A DNA stretch of 64,000 nucleotides from Curvularia clavata. Its lineage: Eukaryota. The stretch covers positions 930,001 to 994,000 of the forward strand of contig CP089275.1 of NCBI GenBank assembly GCA_023920165.1, read 5' to 3'. Numbering within the stretch: the first letter of the stretch is position 1; each line of letters begins with the position of its first letter. Both the position numbers and the translations under genes were made by a program. Shown piece after piece: positions 33,100-45,531 of the stretch. The notes beneath the pieces were generated by a model, which was not told the origin of the DNA, did not search any database, and saw nothing but the letters and a program-made list of their open reading frames with translations.

Positions 33100-34858
33100 G
33101 AAGACTCGCGAGCAAGAGGGCAAGTCGGACGAGGATGTGGGAGAGGAGACAAGAGCCAGAAGCAGCGTGAGAAGGAGAAGAAAGACACGACGGCTGCAAA
33201 GGCGGCGGGCTGGGAGACGTGTAGGTATTAAATCTCAGCGGAACACCGCAATGCACATCCCGAAGAGCTGTTGAGCCTGAGCCGATGGAGGGCAGTCTGC
33301 AGCGATTCCAAAGACGGCAAGGGCGCAGTGCCGCCCCTGCCCATCCCTGCCAAAGTCACCGTAATCGACTCGGAACTCGGTCGGAATCCAGACGAGCAAA
33401 CTACCGCAACTCCGCTGGAAAAAAAAAACTTGGGCGCGACTGACTTGGGCCATGTCGACTAGAAGCTTCGAGTGTACCGGCCAGGCGCCGCAGAGTGGCC
33501 TAAGTGGACAGAACCACGGGTGCAGAGGCCATGGCGGCGTCGGGGGGCCATGGCGGCCTGTTGGGACTCTGTTCCGCATTAGTTTGTTGTTGCGAGATGC
33601 CAACCCCGATCGCGACGATTCTGCGGGTTGACTATGGCCCAGCAAAACATTTGGCTGCATTGCATGGCCTCGACAATGTCGCCGGTCCCCACTCGCCCTT
33701 GATTCTCCTATCTACTCCTGCTACTGCTACCCCTCTTGCTCAACAACCCACACTCGCACGCTGCCATTCCGACATCTTCCATCGTCCGCGGCCTCCCCCA
33801 CTCCAGCGGCCCCTGACGGTGACTACTCGCAGACAGCCGCCCTGCCCTGCCCTCATAGACTAAGACAATAAATAAGCCCGCCCGTCCGCCATCACGATCG
33901 CAGTAGCCACCTGTCCCTGTCCCTCTCGTTGTTCCACCATCATGGTGATCGGGTCTCCTCCTCCGGTGTCACTCCCACCGGACTCCGCCACCAGTCATCC
34001 AATCAGCGCACCGGCCCTCCCCCAAGTCGGTACATATCCCCAAACGCTTCCCCCTCGGCGTATATCCAGTCCATGACGCCTCTGTAATGCTTTGAAAAAG
34101 AAACCTCGAGCCATATCTCCCGTAGTGCTATCAGGACGGACGGCATGTGCGCGCCAAAATGCTTCTTCCCGTGTATCTATGTGTGTGCGTCTGTGTAGGT
34201 GATCTGCTGGTTGTTGCGATGCGCGTGTACAGGTGGGAACTTGGCACGGGCGACCGCCTGTAATCCCCCCGAGCGAGTAAGCCGCTGCTAGGCTGCTTTG
34301 AGCTGCAAAACTTTTCTTTGCTTATGGGGGGGGGCGCGGTAAGGCAGGCACATTGCAAGGCACCAAACACATTTATATATATATACATACATGTAGTCTG
34401 TGGTAAGAAGCATCGGAGACTAAAGTGCGGGCTTCCGAGCTGCATTCCGAAGATCCAGGGTCCTGCGTGCGTGCGTTTTGCTGCTGCGTGAGCGGCCTGT
34501 CCCGCACGGTTTGACATCACAATCGTACGATTTTTTGGCTCCGAACCACACCACACGTCCATTTACCCCAGATTTTCCTTTCCCACACAAACTTGGACCG
34601 AATCAAGCAGTTGAGCCGCTTTGCCCGCACACGTGAAAGAAAAACGCACAGGGAATAGTCAAAATTGACCGGCAGTGGCTTTTGTGACTTCGCCGTCGGA
34701 GCAAATACATACCCAGGCACCAGGTACTCGGCGCATCATGAACCAAACGAGTGCATATCAAACGGGGTATATTGATTGACAAAGGAAATCCTGCTGCTAG
34801 AAGCAATATGTAACTGCCCCAAAGGGCTTGTCGGTCGCCATGGTCTCTCCATGCTGGT

Positions 34859-34879
34859 CCTCTCTCTCTCTCTCTCTCT
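34859..34879. repeat. (CT)n microsatellite
   Basis: cctctctctctctctctctct. Confidence 0.75.
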
Positions 34880-35133
34880 TTCACCTCTTCTTCTTTCTTT
34901 CTCTTGAATCCGACCATGCAGGCACGTTTTCTTGGAGCTCCAGTCTGAACCGAATCCGTGCAGCCTAGTACGGTACCTGCACCACTCCCGTGCCGAAATT
35001 CCCAAAAAAACGCTAGAGGTATAGTGCCACAAAACTCATATACCGAATAAAAACCCAAATGTAGTATATGCACACACAAAGTCCCTGCAGCAACGCTGCC
35101 TGCCACCTCCGCCTCCCCACTCGAGCCGCTCCC

Positions 35134-36962
35134 TTAGTAAGACTCTTCCTCAGCTTGCGTCGACATGCGCCGTAGTCGCACGGGGAAGCCCATTTCTCCA
35201 CTCTCTTGCCCTGCACTCGCCCGCCGCCCTGCGCTCTGTCGCCGTGGGATTCCGCTGGGTGCAGGGATTCCAGACTTCTCTAGTGTCAACCGTCGTCCCA
35301 TGGGCGTCGTCCCCCGACTTCCCTCACTGCTTGCATCGCTTTCCCGCATCGACGACGAAAACGACTGAGAGTGGCTGTGCCCGTTGGAGTGTCCGCTCAT
35401 AGAGCTTCGTGGCCTTGGCATCCGTGACTCGGCTCCGCTAATCGACGACGATTGGTAGTGGCCCATTGGTGTGCGCGTGCTGCTTCGGCTCGGTGGTTGC
35501 TGCTGCTGCTGCTGTACCGGTGGTTGGGATGACAGCGACGTTCGGCTGCTCGGTCGGCTGCTTGTAGGCTCCTTCGAAGCGCTGGAGACACCGAATGAGA
35601 GGCGGCTGACACCAGACTCGTAGGCGCTGGGGATTGACGAGGCCGTCGACACTTGTGAGTTGCGCTTGCGTCCACTCCTCAATGTAACGGTGCTGGGTAC
35701 GTTGCTGTTCCGTGGACTCGCTCGCGGTGGCGTGCTTGTTGGCGCAGGAAGCTTGGATCGTGCTGTTTGGACTCGTTGTTCGAGCTTCTGCATCTTACCT
35801 ATCAGCCCCCGAATCTGATAGAGCGACCCTGACCTAGGCAGACCTGCTGATGTCGACGCACCCAGACTTGGTCTAGTTTCTCGCGACCCCGTTACAGTTG
35901 GTCGTAGCGAGGGCGTTGCCCGTCCACTGGCAGCTGAACTTGGTGGTCGCGATGATCCTGAGACACTAGGCCCACGCGAATGTCGCGGTGCCCGCGAGTA
36001 CATACCAGCACGAGGTGTAGTTCCAGGGTCCAGCGGCGCTGTCGAGTTCTTGCGTCTGGGCATGGGAGTCGAAGGCACGGGCTTTGCCGTAATGGGTGCA
36101 TCCGAGAGCGGCGGAGATGGTGGGGTCGTGTCTGGGTGGAGGACATCTGCTATCGAGTGCGGTGGGGTTGAGGCGAGCGTGGGCGAAGAAATGGTCGTGG
36201 CAGACGTTGACGCCTCCGACATTGGCGAGCGTGGTCTCAAAGCATCGCCTGCGAGGTGACTGGAAACCTTGCGCTGATGGTGGCCTTCGATGGTTTCTTC
36301 TGCTATGCGCAGTTTCTCTTGTACGATTTCCGTCTCGATGCGCAGGTCGGTTAGCTCGTCGCGAAGTCGCTGTGTTTCTATCCGTAGTTGCTCGCGCTCC
36401 TGCTCCCCAATCTTAATTTCTTCTTCGAGCATGACGCCACGCTCGATAGCCACATTGTACTTGGACTCGACGTCCTCAAGCGATGACGTTTGGTTGCGTG
36501 CTTGGCGCTCAAAGTCGTCGCTTTGCACTTCGATATCGCGGAGGCGCATCTGCAGCGCGCGCTGGCTTTCGCGCAACGCCGTGATTTCTTTCTGCAGCTT
36601 GGTTTGCGCGTTGTTTGCCTCGGTCTTGCTCTGCTTGTACTTTGTCTGCAACGTCGTTAGCAATTGGCCCGTAGCGATGCAAATGCGCCACACGATGCTC
36701 GCCCAAAGCCACATACCTTCCACTCCTCGACCTCAAAGACTAGCCGCTCTGCTTTCTCTTGCAGTTTCCTCTCGCGCTTCTCGCTCTCTTCGATGTCGCG
36801 CTCCAGCTCGGCCTCCAGCTCCTTGCTGGAAGTCTGAAACTCCTGCAGCTCGTTCTCTAATGTCTCATATTGCGTCTTGTAGTAGATGAGCTCCTCTTCC
36901 ATGCTAGTCCAGGCTCTCCTCTGCGCCGCCGGCGAAGAGTGAGGCTTATCGACGACACCCAT
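35134..36962 (-). CDS. nudE: Nuclear distribution protein NudE/RO11 (dynein-LIS1 regulator)
   Basis: [32 protein letters not shown] coiled coil, [45 protein letters not shown], Ser/Pro-rich tail. Intron 36716-36646. Confidence 0.93.
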
Positions 36963-37815
36963 GGTGGCTGCTCGGTGTGCTGGTGGATCGGATCGCAGCT
37001 CAAGTTCAGGGGAATGTGTCTAGCGGGGTGCGGTAGGAAAGCGGCGGAATATAGCTGTTTGGCTGCTTTCGTTTGCTCTCCACAAGCGCTCAGGACATGG
37101 AGGGACTCTGCAGCTCAGAGGGTGCGCGCAGTTTGTTTGTGGCTTTTGTGCCGGAAGTGGATGATGCCGCTTTCGTCCAAGACGGTGTGATGTCGCCAGT
37201 CATGCGCCGCCGTGGGTTTGTTCCGGTTGCCAGGCGCTCGACCCTGACTGTGTGGGCTTTGTGCTCGTGGTCCTGTGCCTGTGTATAGTCAGTAGTTAGT
37301 AGCCCGCTGCAGAGCGGCGTGGAGTGTTGTTGTTGACGCAGCAGGCACGCAGATGGAATGCGGGCAACAACCCAATGACTTAGCGCCCCAGCCGGCAGGG
37401 ACGCTGCCAGCCACCGACCGCGGCGCAACATCCCACGATCCCCACATGCCAACGCAACGTGATACATCATCAACACAGCCCAACAAAAGCTCTCAGCCGA
37501 GCCAGATCCTGACACAAGTCGATTCGCTGAACAAGAGTCCCTAGCATACTTGCCGTCATGGCCTCTCTTCACCCAAAAAGCAGGATATTTTCGTCGCTGT
37601 CAAAATGGCGCAGTTCGTTTCAGGTCGCATAAGGTTAATTAGCTAACCCTTCCAAATACACATTACTGGTCCACCTATTTCCGGAAACCCAAGCAAATCC
37701 AAAGGGACGACTTTCTCCTCTCCGACAAATCGACTATGAATACCAAATAAAAGAAACAAAACGCTCGGGTATATGTACAGTCTGGAACGCTCGTCACCGC
37801 TACTCCCCGCGTGAC

Positions 37816-39348
37816 TCACTCATTGATGTCTTTTTCGGTACCGTTGATGTCCTTGACACTGGTGTCTGCCACAGCGTCTTTGGCCTGTCGCAACGCGTCA
37901 CTCGCTCCGTCCTTTGCAGTCTTGACAGCATCTTCTACGTGCTGCGAGCCGCTCTGGAGAGCATCCCGAGCCGTATGCGATGCTGCCTCTGCTGCCTCTG
38001 CTGCCTCTGCGCTCTTCGAATAGACGTCCGCTGCTTGCTCTTTGCCTTTCTCCACGGCGTGCTTGGCTGACTCGGTCGCATTCCCAACGACCTCCATACT
38101 CTTTGCATACGCCTCGCTCGCCTGCTCCTTGCCCTGGACATATGCATCTTGCACATTATCTGAAGCAGACTTTGCAACTTCTCCTGGGCTGGGGTACTTG
38201 TTTAGGGCCTTTTGCAGAGCATAGTACAAGCTGATGATGACAGAATGTATGCGGTCCTTCGTGAGCATAGTGAGACCATGAGAGAAGAAGCCCTTTAGCA
38301 CTTCCGGACCGAGTCCATCGTACAGAGCCCATATTCCTTCCGTCTGCGCAATGCGGAGGATGGTGCTGAACACAGTCCGCTGTCTAGCCTGCAGCGCCTT
38401 TGACTTGATGGGCTCCCGCGACTTCTCGCTATCCGAAGTCTCTCCAGCACCTGATAGAGGCTTCTGCGCAGATACCTGAGCGCGTGTTTTTGCCAAACTA
38501 AATGGATAGGTTACAGTTGAGGCCATCGCTTTGCTCATCGCGGCGAGCAAGAAAGTAAGACGCGCACCAGGATCACCGCGCTTTTCTCTTGGTACTACCA
38601 GTCGCAGCAGCAATTTATGCAACAGCATAGTGATGGAGGGATTAAGCGTGAGGATCAAGCTGGCCGAGTATCCTGACCAGAAGCCTTGGATGCCTTTCTC
38701 CCGCATGATTTCGCATGCAATACCCTTCATGGTCAAGGGAGGAGGGGAATCGGCCGATGAGCCCTGGTTCATCATGGCTGCTGTCTGCTTGCGCGTGACA
38801 ATCTGCTGGAGCGGAGTTGTAAATGCTTTCGAGAATGCGCCAGCCATCACGCCGACACCAATCTCCTCCAACGCTGGCAAGCTTCGGCCACCACCTCGCG
38901 CATTGAGCCTTTTCTTCCTAGCATACTCGTAAGCCAAGAAGAACAGGAAGCTGTCTACGACGCCCTTTAGTGTTTCCTGCATCACGCCACTGTAGAACGC
39001 CGGTATTCCACCTTCTCTCTCGTATATCTTCAGTACCGCGTCAAAAAAGCCATCGTAATAAAGATGGTCCTTGTCATGCTGTAACTGCCGCTGCACTTGC
39101 AGCCTTGTGACGACGACATCGAGCGGATAGCTTATGAGTTTCGATATTGCAGACCCAAGTGCCCCAGAAGTAGCGTGGCCTAAAGCCGGGAGTGCTGGGC
39201 CGACAGCGCTGCGCTCATTTCGATCGTGAGAGATGTGGTAGAGCGTGAAGGCGTCCTGGAGGTGTCAGCTGATACTCGATCTTCACATGTCGAACGCGCC
39301 TACAAGCTGCGAGTTGTAGATGAAGTCTGTCTTGTCGGGGTTAGACAT
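37816..39348 (-). CDS. ANT1: Mitochondrial-carrier-family protein, peroxisomal adenine nucleotide transporter ANT1-like, with LEA-like C-terminal tail
   Basis: GPALPALGHATSGALGSA, carrier motifs YPLDVVVTRLQ, TPLQQIVTRKQ and YPFSLAKTRAQ, WSGYSASLILTLNPSIT, KGFFSHGLTM. Intron 39303-39256. Confidence 0.8.
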
Positions 39349-40630
39349 GGTGGATTACAGAGAAGCAGAACTTCATGCAACAGTGAAAGAAAAGCAACAA
39401 AGCATCGCAAACGCGGGGAAAGCTACTACCGTTCGCGGAGATGAGGCCGCATAGCGCATCTGTAGCTTTGACCCGACGTCATCGGAAGCGTTGACGTTTG
39501 GATGAGATGATCAAAGCTCCAGCGGATAGCCGAAAGCCTCGCACGCCGAGCTTGTGACAGAAAACACCTGCGTGACAACCACATCGCAGTCGATTCGCGC
39601 CCTGCATTTGCATTTTCAGATACTCCTTGCTCCATCTAGCTAGGATTCTTCGCCTTATACACTGGTCTGATATTCTATGCATATAGTGGCGCTCCGAGAC
39701 GATGGTGTGTTGTCACGCGACACGAGATGATACTGTCCAATGTTGCAAAAATATGTGCTTCTATGGATCAAAAGCATCGTATTATAGAACGGAGTACTCA
39801 AAGGGACTGCGAGAACTCTTCACGAGTATTGATCGCAGTTCAAAGTATCCTCCGAGAGCAATCAAGGCCGATGGTTGATAAGACGTGGAAAAACTCTTCG
39901 CGAGGAGGACATCCATTATTTCACCGCTGGCTACACTACAAAACATTGTCTGTCTTCTTCACAGGAACTATCGATTTCGGCGAAAATGGTTGATATAGAG
40001 TTTGGTGGCAGGTACAACCTAGTACAACAAGGTAAACATCAGCATTTCAATACCAAGTGTAGCTGCCCGGAGCACGATTGACACGTTGGCCTCGGGCTGA
40101 AGTACAGGTTTTGTCAAGCTCAAGTCACAGCAAACAGAAACTGTAAGCATAGTCAATCCACATGAGATACTTCAATAAAAGTTAGTAGAAGAGATGGCTT
40201 CGAGTGATGCGCGATGCGCGATGCTCAGTATATACAAACTGCGCCGCCACATGCTACGCGTTCACAGGTGCCCTTTGGTAACATCAATGTGCCAAAATCA
40301 CACGAGGACCCAATCTCAATCGAGCTCTGTTGGTGGCTAATATCCCATTTACGCCACAACAAAGTCGCCCAACCCCACGACTGATTCTGCCACAATCCAA
40401 GCAACAGCCTGCCACTGTATACGACCCGTCCCATCCGAAAGCGGCAAATGCAGCCCATATTTCCTATGATAAGCGCATAACTGTGGCTTCGTCCAAGATT
40501 TCGTAACGATGATTGGCCTCGCGATGCATTGCACAGCCCCAGCTAGCCTGACTATACCATCAGGCAACCAACCCACTGTGTGACCAGCCGGCCTAATGCT
40601 GACCGGTAACAGCGGCAGCGAACTCAGGAG

Positions 40631-40636
40631 TATAAA
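40631..40636 (+). promoter_or_regulatory. TATA box
   Basis: TATAAA about 110 bp upstream of ATG 40744. Confidence 0.45.
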
Positions 40637-40743
40637 GGAAACAGGTTACACAACGACCTTTGATAGAACCAGCAAATTTGGACTACGTACAACTTTGACA
40701 CTTTTGTGCTAATTTAATCCACGACTTGTGTGAGACAACTACA

Positions 40744-41261
40744 ATGGGTATTCCATCAATGTCACCAACCGATGCCGCACCACCATACGACGATGTAATC
40801 AACAATCACCCCGTGAACCGCTATCCACCTACTGGATCAACATCCGGTGTACGTATTCCCCCCAACTGCGTCACCCTCTCAGCACTCTAGCAAAACGCGC
40901 TCAACAGTTGCCCAAACTAACCATCATAAAGTACACCACTATCCCATCCGAAGACGTCGAACAAGCCCTTGACGTCGACGACCATGCTCACGCCCACACC
41001 CCCCTCGTCCCATCCCAACAACCAGAAACTTTTACACAAACGGTAGCCAGACTGCTCCTGCCCAAGGCAGACACCCCACACACGCACTGCGCCACGTGCG
41101 ACGAGCAGGTCCAAACCGCAGCCCGCCAGAAACGTGAAGACGACAGATACTACTGTACCATGGTTACTGTGACGTTCTTGACCTTGTTTGTATGTGGAAT
41201 GTTGCTTGGGGTTGTCATTGTGGCGGCGAATGCGAAGAGGGCTCGGGGCTCGGGCTCATGA
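40744..41261 (+). CDS. Small hypothetical membrane protein with N-terminal PY-like motif, HxHCxxCD and C-terminal TM
   Basis: MGIPSMSPTDAAPPYDDV...TSG|YTTIPSEDVEQ...HTHCATCDEQ...YCTMVTVTFLTLFVCGMLLGVVIVA. Intron 40849-40931 (GTACGT..CTAAC..AAG). Confidence 0.75.
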
Positions 41262-41630
41262 GGGCTGCAAGAGCGTGCCTTTCCTTTTCATTTTTTCTTT
41301 TAGTCAGTTAGATGGACTTATGATACCGATATGACATGATTTTTATTTGCTGTGATTCGTTCGTGTTTAGTGGTTACGTAGGATGAGGATTCTGAATGTG
41401 TTAGTTTCCATTGCATCTCGATATGAAATAGTAACCACATGGTACGGCTGATCCAGGATTGAGGATTCGACGGAGCCAGAAATCATTCCACTTGTGTCAA
41501 TCACATGTCGTCATTATTAGCTATCCACTTTGTCTGCAAAGCGCCCTTGGCCTTCTATATTTCTATTTTACATAGCTATAAGAGCTACTGAAGCCCTAAT
41601 CGGACGCAACGACCATTCGCGACTCAGACT

Positions 41631-42962
41631 CTACTCTAGAAGAGAGGCCTGGTTGGTGTAGAGCACATCCACAACATTGCTCAGCTTCTCAAGGGTGCTA
41701 AGCGCAGCATCGTAACCCTGGTCGCGCTCTGACTCGTCATAGACGATGAGACATCCAGCGCCCTGGTCCAAAACTCCGATGATGACCTTGTCAAGAATCA
41801 TCTGAGAAAGCTTTCGCTCCACCTGTATTGTGTCCAATCCGACCATCTTGGCGACATGGTCAATCTCCACCCTGCTGAAAGGCTCAATGACCTTGATCAG
41901 GTTCTGCTCCAGCATATTGTCGTACAAGCGGCGAAGGTGGGATGTGATGAATCGGTCGCTGCCAAGCTGTTGGCGATAGTCGGTCAGGGCGGTTTCGTAT
42001 TCCTCCAGACTGCGGTTGGTGTGTGCTCGCGCCACAGCCTTCATGGCCTCTAATCGCTTGCCGGCGTACTTGACGGCGTGCTTCGATGTCATGAGCGATG
42101 TGACGTCGTCCCCGAGGTTGAGCATGATCTTGCAGAGCAGCATGTACTGCAGTGCTGAAGTTGCCTTTTGATCCTCATCCTGTGAGTGGTATCCCTCCAT
42201 TGCTTCGATGAAGTAGGAGAAGGCTGTGTTGAAGTCACCGTCCTCGGCATGCAACATACCGCTCTGCATGTCCAGTCCGGCCTGCAGAAGAGGCGGGGTA
42301 TAGACTGAGGCAGCTGATGTTCGCGCAGATGTGAGAGCGGCGCGGCCCTTGGGTATGTTGCCCAACGCATGGTAGACGCGCGATTCCAGCAGTTGTACCT
42401 CGACCAAGACCAGCTTATCGTCCAGGCGCTTCAGCTCCTTCAGAAGACTGTTGATGAGGGTCAAAGCATCATAGTAGGACTGCTTCTGCATGTACAACGC
42501 CACAAGCCGGGTTTCGAGGTTCTGCCGTAAGAAGCCTCTCCGCTCTGAGACGGCCCATTCTATACATGACTTGGTGACTGTGATCTGGATATCGGTCGTG
42601 TTGGGTATGGTCGTGAAGAGGTCGAGCAGCTGTCGGACTATGATTCATCAGCCATTGGGCCCCCAACCAGCACCTGGAAATGCAATAAACTCACCGAGCT
42701 TAGACGTCTTTGCCTTGGCAAAATTGCCTAGTACTCCACGTGCTTGCTTGACCAGTTCCGCCAGAGCATCCACCTTCTTCTGGTCTCGATAGAGCTCGCC
42801 GAGCCCGACGAGCGCCGTCTCGTAGTTCTTGATTGCTGCCTCATTTGAGCCGGGGTTTTGTGAGAGAACGTCCTTGTAAATCTCCTCTGCTTTTGAGTAA
42901 TCCCCCGATTTGGCCAGCTTCTCTGCTTCTGCCACCCGTGCTGTAGTCTCCGGGACGGCCAT
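41631..42962 (-). CDS. RPN6: 26S proteasome lid subunit Rpn6 (PCI domain)
   Basis: AKAKTSKLVRQLLD, ELKRLDDKLVLVEVQLLESRVYH, TAFSYFIEA, LEQNLIKVIEPFSRVEI, VERKLSQMILDK. Intron 42694-42638. Confidence 0.97.
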
Positions 42963-43461
42963 GGCTATGCGATGGTGCTGCGATGTCTATGCGATGGATG
43001 GCGATATGTGTGTGTAAGGCGTCTGGGTTGCCTGGAGAAGCGGATTACAGAGCAGGGGCGAGTAGTAGTGTAGCTAAGATGGAGTTGATGATGATGGAGT
43101 TGATGCTGAGAGGCGGCAGCTCAGAGATCGGCGATACATAACCCCGATGGCGGCGTCTACGCGCTACCACGCCGTGCACGCGTTTACGCATCAATCATCA
43201 AGCGCCTCTAGATTGTATACCTGAGCGGGTTATTTGTACCTGACACTCCTACCATAATTAACTCGCTGGAATGAAACTATTCCTTTACTTTTGGTTCAGG
43301 TTTCAGGAATAGGCATGTAGACCAGTAATATCAAATCGGCTAACTAACTAACCGTGTGCACTCAATTCCACAAGTCCACGATGTCAGTGCCAATGTCCTC
43401 CTCTCAAAATATGGCACCCCCATCTCTCTACTCTGGATCTTCCTAATCTACATGTCTCTCT

Positions 43462-44163
43462 TTAAGGAGGCAGTGCGCTGGCACGCTCCATACGCTCCTT
43501 AAACTTCTCCCAGTTGTCGACAGTCTGTTCCATCAAGTATGCCACATGTGCCTCGTTGGCCTCCTCCCATAGCTTCACATACTTCAGAGACGCATCGGAG
43601 TTCAGTATCCATGCCCCAAGCTTCTGAAAGCTGATGCGCGCACCACTGTAATCCAAGTCTGGAATGAATTCGAAGGGAAGCTTTTGTGAGGGTGGTGTCT
43701 TCGATATGTGTTGCAATTCAATGTACTTTCCGTACTGATTAATCCATTTTCCAAGGTTCGGATCCTCCTGAAGACACTTGTTCACGATCCTTCGGTGAAC
43801 AGAAACAAGTATCCAGATGAATCTTTCGTCGGATATCTCAGGGGTAATCTTGAATGTACCCTTGATACTACCAAACGGAACATCTCTATTTTTAATCAGT
43901 ATACACTTCGAAAAGAATCATTGAATTGAATTACCTCGCCATGTGGATTTCCCATTCATGCTCCAAGTCTGGACTAGGCGTTACCGTGAACCAGTGTGCG
44001 GCTTTGGACCTTCCCTGCTCGACGAACTTGGGAAGGCAGGCCACGACTGTCAGCTTGGAGCAAGCCTGCTCCCCAACACTCCACCGGTACCGTATGGGCG
44101 GCCGGCTTGATGCATTCCAAAAGCGATTCCATCCCACCCCGCTTGCAGGTGTACAATGCCCAT
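43462..44163 (-). CDS. Orphan three-exon gene, ~202 aa (possibly 5'-truncated)
   Basis: Exons 44163-44091, 44046-43935, 43885-43462 (introns GTACCG..CTGACAG, 44 nt; GTAATT..CTGAT..TAG, 49 nt) give one frame MGIVHLQAGWDGIAFG...EIHMAR|DVPFGSIKG...ERASALPP*. Confidence 0.5.
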
Positions 44164-44199
44164 TCATCAGCTGTTCCAGCGTTTTTGCATCCCATGCCT

Positions 44200-45013
44200 T
44201 TCAGAGCACGTGCGCTTCGGACACATGGGGTCCAAGAGCAATAAGGAAGGCCCCGTTTGCGACAATTGTCACAGATATCTTTATAAGAGTCTTGTTTGAC
44301 GTATTTTGACAAATATCCTCCGGTGGTTTGTATAAAAGCGCACATGTCACACATGGTGTGACGCCAGCCAGAGGTTTTATCGTCTTCTTGGACCCCGCCG
44401 ACCTTGTGCAAGAGTATTTAGTTGGTTATGTTTTGGGCTGAATGCCTACCGAATGGAAGCGTCTTGTATGCTTTGGTTTGAGGGGAGAGGCGAATCGACT
44501 GTGACATGTAGTCGTAATGTGCCTGGAAAACCCGCATGGATGGTCCGGGTTTCGGAATCCAGCTTGCAGTATGTGCTGGTGTAATCCCGAAGATCCAATG
44601 GAGGATTGCGATTCCTCTGGCATACCTTACCAAAGATTCAGGCACGGCCTTGTCTGCCGTTTCATGAAGATGATGTATAGACTGTATATACCGATACCTC
44701 TATACACCTGAGCCCTCTTTCGTCTCCCATTCAATCCGCAAAGCCCAAGAGTTGGCCTCATCCCAACTCTTGAATATGCCGACATGAGGAAGTCGAGCCC
44801 ACAAGCAATCTTGATCCAATTATATGGCACCCATGCCGTCTGCTGACCAGGTCCAGGGCCCCATTCAGTCACACCGCGGATGAAGATCACTGCCAACCGT
44901 AAAGGCTGGCTAATAGTGTGCTCTCGCACGCAGTAGCCTTGCATGCCTTTCTTATATTTTATCTTATGGCCGTCGTGTAAGGTAAAGTCCTTGGAAATCT
45001 CGCAGCCGCTCAT
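44200..45013 (-). pseudogene. Disrupted gene with C-terminal Cys cluster (CDMC..CDNC..G.PYCSW)
   Basis: N-terminal frame (MSGCEISK...WVPYNWIKI) shifts near 44815 into a second protein-like frame interrupted by TAG 44702-44700 and TAA 44420-44418. Confidence 0.55.
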
Positions 45014-45531
45014 CTTTGGTCGAAGTGTATGGGGGGAGGACCGATCGGAAGCCCATCGCTCCGACCCTCCTAGTCTTTGCTAAAGGCTCCTCGAAGGGGA
45101 TAAGGTTGGTCTCCGCTTATTGAAAGAGTGGCGCAATCTTTGGATGAAGGAGAGTGGTAGGGAAAGCAAGTAGGAAGTGGAGGTGGAGTGGTGGGGAGAA
45201 GGCAAGTAGATAACGGATGTAACACGCTGTATATAAAGGTGAGGGCAGAGCTTGCCACTCTTGGCATGTAGGACGGGACAAACGAAATTGGCGGTGACTG
45301 TGAGTAGCTGCCTAGAGCGAACGATGGCGCGTTTGTTTGTGCGTTATATTTCCACGCAAGACAAACGAACATCGCCACCACCACGGGCCCCCACTACTCT
45401 TCGATGAAACGCTTCTTGGCTCTATTCAAAGTAGCTAGCTACTGCATCTCCATTTTGATTGCTGTTCATTACGGTAATTAGCCTCTGTGTTCGCGTGGTT
45501 GCTCCATACGGTGGCCCACCCACCTGCCAAC

